Of a stretch of 41,915 nucleotides of DNA, positions 1 to 8,879 are shown in pieces (the first letter of the stretch is position 1; each line of letters starts with the position of its first letter). The notes below the pieces were generated by a model. The model was given only the letters and a program-made list of their open reading frames with translations, was not told the DNA's origin and made no database searches. Source of the DNA: Halobacteria archaeon (GTDB taxonomy: Bacteria; Pseudomonadota; Gammaproteobacteria; UBA9214); assembly GCA_013041945.1 (NCBI GenBank), contig JABDRC010000289.1:1-41915 (forward strand). The letters are read 5' to 3'. A program made the position numbers and the translations under genes.

Positions 1-1133
1 ATGAACAGGTTGATGCCGACCGGTGGTGTGCTGTAACCGATTTCGAGATTGGCGAGAAAGATAATGCCCAGGTGAACCGGGTGAATGCCGTAGTTTGCGG
101 CGATTGGCAGGATCAGCGGCACCACGACCACGGTCGCCGAGAAGATGTCCATCATGCAGCCGACCACCAGCAGGAACAGGTTCAGGAGAATCAGGAACTG
201 CAGTTCGGAATCGATATGCTGCTCGATCCAGCCGAGCATCTTCATCGGCAGCTGCGCATCGATCAGCAGGTTGGTCAGGCCCATCGCCACACTGAGGATG
301 ATCAGGATGCTGCCCACCAGGATTGCAGTTTTTCTCATCAGTGCGGGCAGCTCCCGGACAAGCTGGATCTCGCGGTGGATGACACTCTCCAGCAGCAGGA
401 CATAGATCGCTGTGCAGGCCGCCGCCTCGCCGATGGTCACGTAGCCGCCGAAGATACCGACGATGATGCTGACCGGCAGCAGCAGGTCCCAGGCGCCCTC
501 GCGCAGCGCGGTGTACAGTTGCTTCATCGAGAAGTGGTGGCGCGGCACGTCTGTGCGCCTGCCGTTGTACATGCAATAGATGCCCAGGATCACCATCAGC
601 AGGGTGCCCGGCACGATGCCGGCCAGGAACAGCTGGTCGATGCTGACGCCCGAGACGATGCCGTACAGCAGGATGGCGAGGCTCGGCGGGAACAGCAGCC
701 CGAGCGATCCCGAGGTCGTCAGCAGCCCCAGGTTGAAGCGTTCCCCGTAGCCGGCACGCAGCAGCATGGGGAACATCAGGCCGCCGAGGGCCAGGATGGT
801 CACGCCCGAGGCACCGGAGAATGCGGTAAAGAAGGCGCACGAGCCGAGCGTGACAGCGGCCATGCCGCCGGGCAGCCAGCCGACCATGGCATTGAACAGC
901 TGGATCATGCGCTGGGGCGCCCCGCCCGCGGCCAGCACCACGCCGGCAAAGGTGAACAGCGGGATCGCGGCCAGGTAGGGCGATGCGGCGAGGCGGTTCA
1001 GCTCGACGGCCAGCAGCGCCGGGTCAAGGCCGGCATTGAACGTTGCCAGCAGGCTGCCGGCGGCCAGGGCGATAAACAGCGGCATGCCGAGCAGGGCCAG
1101 CAATATGATGCAAATGACCAGCAGCCCGGTCAT
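1..1133 (-). CDS. TRAP transporter large permease (DctM family); start in window, 3' end runs off the left edge
   Basis: Absent from the ORF track because it is truncated. My translation of the minus strand from ATG 1133-1131 gives MTGLLVICIILLALLGMPLFIALAAGS...FSGASGVTILALGGLMFPML...LLFPPSLAILLYG..., a polytopic DctM-like membrane protein. ATGA overlap with the stop of the upstream small-permease gene. Confidence 0.85.
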   Translation of the reverse strand, partial: MTGLLVICIILLALLGMPLFIALAAGSLLATFNAGLDPALLAVELNRLAASPYLAAIPLFTFAGVVLAAGGAPQRMIQLFNAMVGWLPGGMAAVTLGSCAFFTAFSGASGVTILALGGLMFPMLLRAGYGERFNLGLLTTSGSLGLLFPPSLAILLYGIVSGVSIDQLFLAGIVPGTLLMVILGIYCMYNGRRTDVPRHHFSMKQLYTALREGAWDLLLPVSIIVGIFGGYVTIGEAAACTAIYVLLLESVIHREIQLVRELPALMRKTAILVGSILIILSVAMGLTNLLIDAQLPMKMLGWIEQHIDSELQFLILLNLFLLVVGCMMDIFSATVVVVPLILPIAANYGIHPVHLGIIFLANLEIGYSTPPVGINLF

Positions 1134-1627
1134 AAATGCCCCTCGTCACGGTTGTCGGGGAATGCGGCACCGAGGAGGAAGTGCACGCTCAACAGGCCGA
1201 AACCGAACGGGGTAATGAGTGCCAGGATGGATGACCAGCGCTCGTACTCCGCCACGTACTGCCAGTCGTCATACCAGAAACGTACGGCGGCCCAGGTCAG
1301 TATCACGCACACGATGGCCGAGATCAGGTACAACGGACGCCTGAGTGCATGCAGGCGATGCGGTTCGACCAGCACGGCCAGCACATCGATGCGGATGTGG
1401 CGGTGCTCCTCGATCGCCAGGGCGGCGCCGAAGAAAGTCACATACAGCACCAGGTAACGGGACAGGATGTCGGCGTGCGGAATGCCGCTGTCGAACAGGT
1501 TGCGCAGCACAACCTGTGCGCCGACCAGCAACAGCAGCAACAGCAGGGAAGTGCAGGCCATGAAGCCGTCCAGGCGGACCAGCGAGTGTCGCAGGCTGGT
1601 GACCCAGGCGGGTTCAGCCATCGGCAT
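1130..1627 (-). CDS. TRAP transporter small permease (DctQ family)
   Basis: 165-aa hydrophobic ORF lying between DctP-like and DctM-like genes. ATG at 1627 (alternative ATG at 1621). Overlaps the neighbouring genes on both sides. Confidence 0.8.
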   Translation of the reverse strand: MPMAEPAWVTSLRHSLVRLDGFMACTSLLLLLLLVGAQVVLRNLFDSGIPHADILSRYLVLYVTFFGAALAIEEHRHIRIDVLAVLVEPHRLHALRRPLYLISAIVCVILTWAAVRFWYDDWQYVAEYERWSSILALITPFGFGLLSVHFLLGAAFPDNRDEGHL

Positions 1628-2669
1628 GCGGCGGTGTTTCGGCGTGCTTCACGCGGTACTCGCGGATCAGTGCCCGCACGCGCTCGATCAGCGAGCCCGG
1701 TAAATAACCGTTGTCGATCAGAGACTGGCCGGCCGCCGCACTGATGGTCTCGATCTCGCCGCTGACCAGGTCGGCATCGCCCTCAATCAGCTGCAGGCCG
1801 TGTTCCTGCAAAACCTCCAGTCCGGCCTCGTTATCGCGCCGCGTCGCGGTGACCAGCTTCTCGCCGGTGGCACGCCCGGTGCGCTTCAGCAGCAGCTGCA
1901 GATCCTGCGGCAGCCCCTGGAAAAACCGGCGCGACACCACCAGTGAACCGATACCGTTGGCCATCGGTACATTGGTGATGTATTGCGTCTTCGAGAACCA
2001 CTGCAGGGCCAGGGCGCCGAGCGGCGGTGCATACACGGTATCGATCATGCCGGTCGACAGGCTGGTATAGACGTCGATGACGGACAGGGGGACCGGTGAC
2101 AGTCCGCTGGCATCGAAAAACGCCTTGCCCAGCGGATCACCCTGCCAGTACCACAGGCGCGCCTTTGCCAGGTCTTCGAGTGAGCGGATCGGTTGCCTGG
2201 AAAAAAAATACACGTACCCGACTTCCATCCAGCCGAGCATTTCGTAGCCGTTGTCGCGGTAACCCTGCTCGATATCCGGCATGAGCTGCTCGCGCACATA
2301 GTCGATTTCGTGGATGTTCTCGAACAGGAACGGCAGCTCCAGCACGCGCGCGGGGGAATAGATCCGCCCGATGCCATAGCCGGTGAAGGCGCCGCCATGC
2401 AGCTGTCCGAAGCGGATCTTTTTCAGTACGTCGGGCTCATCCCCCTGGACGCCGCCGGGATAAATCTTGAATACCAGCCGGCCGCCGCTTTCCGTTTTTA
2501 CGGTCTCCGCCCATTCCTCGAGCAGGTTCATCCAGGTGGTGCCCGACGGGGCCAGTGTGGCGAACTTGAGTACCCAGGTCTTTTCGGCCAGCAGTGGCGG
2601 GGAGAGCAGTGCGAGGACCAGCGCGACCGGCAGGATAATCAGCAGGCGGCTTGTCCGGGCGCCGTTCAA
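1614..2669 (-). CDS. TRAP transporter substrate-binding protein (DctP family)
   Basis: 351 aa with an N-terminal signal peptide (SRLLIILPVALVLALLSPPLLAEK) and DctP-like periplasmic binding-protein sequence. TTG start at 2669-2667 overlaps the tatT-like stop (TTGA). Confidence 0.85.
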   Translation of the reverse strand: MNGARTSRLLIILPVALVLALLSPPLLAEKTWVLKFATLAPSGTTWMNLLEEWAETVKTESGGRLVFKIYPGGVQGDEPDVLKKIRFGQLHGGAFTGYGIGRIYSPARVLELPFLFENIHEIDYVREQLMPDIEQGYRDNGYEMLGWMEVGYVYFFSRQPIRSLEDLAKARLWYWQGDPLGKAFFDASGLSPVPLSVIDVYTSLSTGMIDTVYAPPLGALALQWFSKTQYITNVPMANGIGSLVVSRRFFQGLPQDLQLLLKRTGRATGEKLVTATRRDNEAGLEVLQEHGLQLIEGDADLVSGEIETISAAAGQSLIDNGYLPGSLIERVRALIREYRVKHAETPPHADG

Positions 2670-3565
2670 AACCAGTCGTCCTCGTGTGCCAGCAGCTCAT
2701 GCGCCTTGCGCCTGGCGATGGTGTTGACCAGCGCCATCTCGGGATACAGGTCATCCGGCGCATTGCGAACCTTTTGCAGCGTGTCATGGAACGCCTTGCG
2801 GTCCAGCTGCTGACGGTACAGGTATTCCGCCTTGAGCAGATCGACCAGCAGCAGTTTCTGCCCGTTGATCTCGTGCGCGCGCGCAAAGTGCTGTTGCGAG
2901 CGCGCGAAGTCGCCGCCCAGCATGGGAGGACGGGCGCCGTAATAGACACCGAAAAACATGTGCGCGCCGCCGTGGTAGTAGTCATCGTCGTGTTCGATGA
3001 CGCCCTGCATCAGGGCGGCGGCATTGCCGAAGCCGGCGATGCTGCGGACATTGTCGCGGTTGAGGTCGATCCACTTGCCGAGGCAGGAAGCAGTCCAGAA
3101 CAGCGCCGGTACCGCGCGGCTGTCGAGCCGTGCGACCGCGTTGGCCAGCTGTTCCGTGCCGGTGCGCTCCGGGTCCAGTGACATGCCGGCCTGTTGCAGC
3201 GCCAGCCGTGCATGCTCGTAGCAGCGCCGGTACAGCAGCGAGGCGCGTGCGCGGTCTTCGTCTTCGATAAAGCCGTAGCTGTAGCCGTAGAAACCCTCCG
3301 CGGCATACAGGCGCAGCACGGTGTTGCCGGGATCCTCGATCAGCATGCCCTCGACGAGCTTGATGTTGGCCGGTATGGCCGCGCGCGCGAGTTGCAGGTC
3401 GGTCTCGCGGTTCATTGCCTCGATACCGCTGTCGAGGATAGCCTGGGAGCTGCGCACCACGATCTGGCCCATGGAGCAGGCGGTGAGCAGGGTCATGCTG
3501 ACCAGCAGGCCGGTTACCCTGAGGGGAGCGAACAACCGCTTGTAATGGCTTGTCTGCATAAGCAT
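2666..3565 (-). CDS. TRAP transporter TatT-component family lipoprotein (TPR-like)
   Basis: 299 aa with a lipobox LLTAC near residue 30, helical/TPR-like composition and a YYHGGAHMFFGVYYGARPPMLGG region typical of TatT-family proteins. Sits directly upstream of, and overlapping, the DctP-like gene. Confidence 0.75.
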   Translation of the reverse strand: MLMQTSHYKRLFAPLRVTGLLVSMTLLTACSMGQIVVRSSQAILDSGIEAMNRETDLQLARAAIPANIKLVEGMLIEDPGNTVLRLYAAEGFYGYSYGFIEDEDRARASLLYRRCYEHARLALQQAGMSLDPERTGTEQLANAVARLDSRAVPALFWTASCLGKWIDLNRDNVRSIAGFGNAAALMQGVIEHDDDYYHGGAHMFFGVYYGARPPMLGGDFARSQQHFARAHEINGQKLLLVDLLKAEYLYRQQLDRKAFHDTLQKVRNAPDDLYPEMALVNTIARRKAHELLAHEDDWF

Positions 3566-3570
3566 GGAGA

Positions 3571-5045
<1,475 letters not shown>

Positions 5046-5086
5046 GAGTGACCGGCCAATTAAACGTCCAGCAGGAATATCACACC

Positions 5087-5114
5087 TGTATATTAGTATT
5101 GTATATGTATGCAA
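5087..5114 (-). promoter_or_regulatory. candidate sigma70 promoter for the yffB-like/dapE/TRAP operon
   Basis: The minus strand reads TTGCAT-N16-TATACA in an AT-rich stretch about 45 nt upstream of the ATG at 5045. Hexamer match only. Confidence 0.3.
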
Positions 5115-5120
5115 TTATTG

Positions 5121-5182
5121 CCACAGAACCACACGGAATAACACGGAAAAAACATTTCTAATCTTTCCGTGTAGTTCCGTGG
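5121..5182 (-). repeat. REP-like imperfect inverted repeat (18-bp arms, 26-nt loop) downstream of dapD
   Basis: CCACAGAACCACACGGAA (5121-5138) pairs with TTCCGTGTAGTTCCGTGG (5165-5182). The two non-Watson-Crick positions are G-U on the minus-strand transcript and A-C on the plus-strand transcript. An extra ACACGGAA direct copy lies in the loop. Confidence 0.7.
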
Positions 5183-5220
5183 CTATCGATTTTCATGTTT
5201 AAAGTATGCGCCGCAAAAAT

Positions 5221-6042
5221 CTAGATATCACGCAATAGCTCATTGATGCCGACCTTGGAGCGGGTCTTATCGTCGACGCGCTTGACGATGACCGCGCAAT
5301 ACAGGCTGTATTTGCCGTCCTTCGATGGCAGGTTGCCGGACACGACCACGGAGCCGGCCGGTATGCGGCCATACAGGACCTCGTCTTTTTCGCGATCATA
5401 GATGCGCGTGCTTTGCCCGATGTAGACGCCCATGGAAATGACCGAGCCTTCCTCGACGATGACGCCCTCCACGACTTCAGAACGGGCGCCGATGAAGCAG
5501 TTGTCCTCGATAATCGTCGGGGCTGCCTGGACCGGCTCCAGCACACCGCCGATGCCGACGCCGCCGGAGAGATGCACGTTCTTGCCGATCTGCGCACAGG
5601 AGCCGACCGTCGCCCAGGTGTCCACCATGGTGCCGCTGTCGACGTAGGCGCCGATGTTGACGTACGACGGCATCAGCACGGCGCCGGATGCGATATAGGA
5701 GCCCTTGCGCGCGGTGGCCGGCGGTACGACGCGGACGCCGCCGTCGCGGAATTCACGCGAGTTGGTGTCGGCATACTTCGATGGCACCTTGTCGTAGTAA
5801 TTGGTGAAACCGCCCTTGATGAAGGCGTTGTCCTCGATGCGGAACGACAGCAATACCGCCTTTTTCAGCCAGTCATTGACCACCCACTCGCCGTTTTTCT
5901 TTTCGGCAACGCGCGCCACACCCCGGTCGAGCAATTCGATTGCCTCCAGCGTGGCCTCCTTGACGTGGGTTTCCACGCTGCGCGGAGTAATGTCCGCGCG
6001 CCGTTCGAAGGCCTCTTCGATGGTTGACTGTATGTTGCTCAT
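5221..6042 (-). CDS. dapD: 2,3,4,5-tetrahydropyridine-2,6-dicarboxylate N-succinyltransferase
   Basis: Left-handed beta-helix hexapeptide repeats and a DapD-like sequence. Start trimmed to the ATG at 6042 ([15 protein letters not shown]), preceded by GGAGAG. Confidence 0.95.
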   Translation of the reverse strand: MSNIQSTIEEAFERRADITPRSVETHVKEATLEAIELLDRGVARVAEKKNGEWVVNDWLKKAVLLSFRIEDNAFIKGGFTNYYDKVPSKYADTNSREFRDGGVRVVPPATARKGSYIASGAVLMPSYVNIGAYVDSGTMVDTWATVGSCAQIGKNVHLSGGVGIGGVLEPVQAAPTIIEDNCFIGARSEVVEGVIVEEGSVISMGVYIGQSTRIYDREKDEVLYGRIPAGSVVVSGNLPSKDGKYSLYCAVIVKRVDDKTRSKVGINELLRDI

Positions 6043-6090
6043 TTGTTCGGTCTCTCCGGGGATCATTGAACAGGGCGATTATGATAACCG

Positions 6091-7287
6091 CTACAGGCCC
6101 TGAATGTAGGATTTAATGCGCTGTGCGGCCTCGATACAGTCTTCCAGCGGTGCGACCAGCGCCATGCGCACGTGTCGCTGCCCGGGATTGCCGTTGGCGC
6201 CGCTGCGTGAAAGGTAACTGCCCGGAAGCACCTTGACATGCTGCTGCAGCCACAGCCCGCGGGCGAAGTCGGCATCATCGACCGGCGTTTGCGGCCACAG
6301 GTAGAAACCGGCTGCCGGCGCGTGTACATCGATATGCACAACCAGGATATCCAGCACGGCGGAAAATTTTTCGTCATACAGGCGGCGGTTCTCCGCGACA
6401 TGAGCTTCATCCTGCCAGGCACGCACGCTCGCGGCCTGCGTGGCAGGCGGCATGGCGCTGCCATGGTAGGTCCGGTAGCGCAGGAAGTGTTCGACCAGGT
6501 TGCGGTCGCCGGCCACGAATCCCGAACGCAGGCCCGGGGCGTTCGAGCGCTTGGACAGGCTGTGGAATACCAGGCAGCGGCGGTAGTCATCGCGGCCGCT
6601 TGCAATTGCGGCCTGCAGCAACCCGGGCGGTGGTGCGGTGCCCTCAGGATAGATTTCCGCATAGCATTCATCGGAGGCGATAATGAAATCATGTCGCTCG
6701 GCAAGCTCGATCAGTTGTTGCAGCTGTGCGAGCGGCATGACGGCGCCGCTCGGGTTGCCCGGCGTACAGATATACACAAGCTGGCAGCGGGCCCAGACAT
6801 GGTCGGGAACGGCATCGAGATCCGGCCGGTAGCCCGTTGCACGCGTCGTGTCCATGAAATACGGTTCGGCACCGGCCAGCAGGGCGGCGCCCTCGTAGAT
6901 CTGGTAGAAGGGGTTCGGCATCGCAACCAGCGGTTTTTCCGACCGGTCGATGATGCATTGTGCAAACGCAAACAGCGCTTCGCGGGTGCCGTTTACCGGC
7001 AGTACCTGGTGTGCGGGGTCCAGGCTGCCGGCGGGCAGTGAGAAACGCTGCGTCAGCCAGTCGGCGATGGCAGCGCGCAGTTCGTCACTGCCGCGCGTGA
7101 GTGGATAGCGCGACAGGCCGTGCAGGTGTTCAAGCAGTGTCTCGGCAATAAAGCCGGGTGTGGTATGCCGTGGTTCGCCGATCGACAGCGATATTTCGTG
7201 CCGGTCGCGGGGCGGCGCGGTGCCGGCGAACAGGGTCGCCAGCCGTTCGAACGGGTAGGGCTGCAACCTTGACATATCAGGATTCAT
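6091..7287 (-). CDS. dapC: succinyldiaminopimelate transaminase (class I/II PLP aminotransferase)
   Basis: Aminotransferase fold with the SLSKRSNAPGLRSGF PLP-lysine motif, lying 48 nt upstream of dapD. Start trimmed to the ATG at 7287 (alternative at 7275); the track start at 7386 lacks support. Confidence 0.8.
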   Translation of the reverse strand: MNPDMSRLQPYPFERLATLFAGTAPPRDRHEISLSIGEPRHTTPGFIAETLLEHLHGLSRYPLTRGSDELRAAIADWLTQRFSLPAGSLDPAHQVLPVNGTREALFAFAQCIIDRSEKPLVAMPNPFYQIYEGAALLAGAEPYFMDTTRATGYRPDLDAVPDHVWARCQLVYICTPGNPSGAVMPLAQLQQLIELAERHDFIIASDECYAEIYPEGTAPPPGLLQAAIASGRDDYRRCLVFHSLSKRSNAPGLRSGFVAGDRNLVEHFLRYRTYHGSAMPPATQAASVRAWQDEAHVAENRRLYDEKFSAVLDILVVHIDVHAPAAGFYLWPQTPVDDADFARGLWLQQHVKVLPGSYLSRSGANGNPGQRHVRMALVAPLEDCIEAAQRIKSYIQGL

Positions 7288-7517
7288 GACGTTGTTGTTA
7301 TCGCTGCCCGGTGTGCCCGGTTTGCAATTTCCTGCTGTGCCTGTTTGGATACGGGCGGCAAGTATAATGGATCCGGGCGCCGGCATTAAACCGAAGCCGG
7401 TTACCTCTCCCGTATCCCCGCCGTTCGGCCGCTGCGGCAGTGAGGCGGGCAGGGAGGCCGGCCAGGAGGGCTATCATCAAATTCTGTTATTCGATCCCCT
7501 CATCATGAGGAGGAGGG

Positions 7518-8420
7518 GTGAGTAAGGAATCCGGGTATACAACCACGATGGAAAACCGACTGTTGCCCGTACTCAGCCTGCTGTTCACCGCCACCCTGTG
7601 GGGAGTGGTGTGGTATCCGCTGCGCCTGCTGGAAGAGCAGGGCCTGACGGGGGCCTGGAGTGCGCTGGTCAGTTACGGCGCTGCGCTTTGCCTGTTCCTG
7701 TGGGTGTTCGTACGCGATATCGGGCCGCTGCAGCGCAATGCCCTGCCATTGCTGTTGATGGGCCTGACCGCGGGCTGGACAAACGTGGCCTTTATCATGG
7801 CCGTCATCGACGGCAATGTGGTGCGCGTGCTGTTGCTGTTCTACCTGTCGCCGTTCTGGGCCGTGTGCCTGGGCTGGCTGATGCTGAATGAGCGGCTCGA
7901 CGCCCGCTCGCTGCAGGTGTTTGTTATTGCCGTGGCCGGTGCCCTGATCATGTTGTGGAACGAGGATATCGGTATGCCCTGGCCGGCTGATCGTGCCGAC
8001 TGGCTGGCGGTGTCCGCCGGTTTCGCCTTCGCGTTGAGCAATGTGTTCGTGCGACGGATGCAGGATGCCGGCGTGCTGCTGAAGTCGGCCTGTGGCTGGA
8101 CCGGGAATGTACTGGTCGCCGCAGCCTGGATTTTCCTCAGCCGGACCGGTTTGCCGGCGGTGGAGGGTGCGGTCTATGGCTGGGCAGTCCTGCTGGGCCT
8201 GTGCGGTTTTCTGGTCATGACGCTGGCCGTGGTGTATGGCGTGACGCGCATGCCGGTACACCGTTCGGCGGTCATCCTGCTGTTCGAACTGGTTGCCGGT
8301 GCCGTGTCGTCCCTGCTGCTGACGGACGAGGTGATCCTGCTGCGCGAGTGGATCGGCGGCGGCATGATTATCATCGCCGCATGGCTGGCCGCGCGCATAC
8401 ACGCGGAGGACGGGGCATGA
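7518..8420 (+). CDS. DMT-superfamily (EamA-like) transporter
   Basis: 300 aa with roughly 10 hydrophobic segments and EamA-like repeats. GTG start at 7518 is preceded by GAGGAGGAGG; alternative ATG at 7548. Confidence 0.8.
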   Translation: MSKESGYTTTMENRLLPVLSLLFTATLWGVVWYPLRLLEEQGLTGAWSALVSYGAALCLFLWVFVRDIGPLQRNALPLLLMGLTAGWTNVAFIMAVIDGNVVRVLLLFYLSPFWAVCLGWLMLNERLDARSLQVFVIAVAGALIMLWNEDIGMPWPADRADWLAVSAGFAFALSNVFVRRMQDAGVLLKSACGWTGNVLVAAAWIFLSRTGLPAVEGAVYGWAVLLGLCGFLVMTLAVVYGVTRMPVHRSAVILLFELVAGAVSSLLLTDEVILLREWIGGGMIIIAAWLAARIHAEDGA

Positions 8421-8791
8421 TACAGATTATCCGGATCAACCATGTGAGTCTGCTGGTTGCCGATACACAGCGTGCGCTTGGCTTCTATCACGGCATTCTC
8501 GGTCTGGAAATCAACAGGCAGCGCCCGGAACTCGGCTTTCCCGGCGCCTGGCTGGATGCCGGCGGCGGCCAGCAGATTCACCTGCTGGAGCTGGCGGTGG
8601 ACGGGAGTGACCGCCAGCTGCCCGAACACGGTGGCCGCGACCGGCACCTGGCGATGGATATCGACGATCTCGGGGCAGTGACGCGTGCACTGGACGAGGC
8701 CGGCATCGATTACACGCTCAGTCAGTCGGGACGTCGCGCACTGTTCTGCCGCGACCCGGACGGCAATGCCATCGAGTTGATCGAGACCTAG
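8417..8791 (+). CDS. VOC-family (glyoxalase/bleomycin-resistance/dioxygenase fold) protein
   Basis: Trimmed to the ATG at 8417 (MIQIIRINHVSLLVADTQRALGFYHGILGLE...), a typical VOC N-terminus. ATGA overlap with the EamA-like stop. Confidence 0.8.
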   Translation: MIQIIRINHVSLLVADTQRALGFYHGILGLEINRQRPELGFPGAWLDAGGGQQIHLLELAVDGSDRQLPEHGGRDRHLAMDIDDLGAVTRALDEAGIDYTLSQSGRRALFCRDPDGNAIELIET

Positions 8792-8879
8792 TCCCGGCTG
8801 GCATCACCGCATGCGATAACCGGCACTTTCTTGCGCATCCGTTCGGGGCGAGCCCCCCGCCGGTGGCGGCAGGCGATCA

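Noticed and set aside
72-1457. 461-aa plus-strand ORF, the longest in the first 2 kb
   Set aside because: It is antisense to clearly recognisable DctM- and DctQ-like genes. Its translation is Q/H/D/R/A-rich low-complexity sequence with no motif. This is the typical artefact of an open antisense frame in GC-rich coding DNA.
5086-5104. CTGTATAT...TGTATAT repeats resembling a LexA/SOS box upstream of the yffB-like gene
   Set aside because: The second half-site ACAG is missing from the expected CTGT-N8-ACAG arrangement. It is more simply AT-rich promoter DNA.
7505-7525. Six-codon upstream ORF (MRRRGE) overlapping the EamA start region
   Set aside because: It is made of the Shine-Dalgarno purine run itself. 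It is too short and cannot be supported from sequence alone.
7503-8402. 299-aa minus-strand ORF
   Set aside because: Antisense to the EamA-like transporter. The plus-strand product has a coherent 10-TM pattern, while this one is Q/H/R/G-rich.
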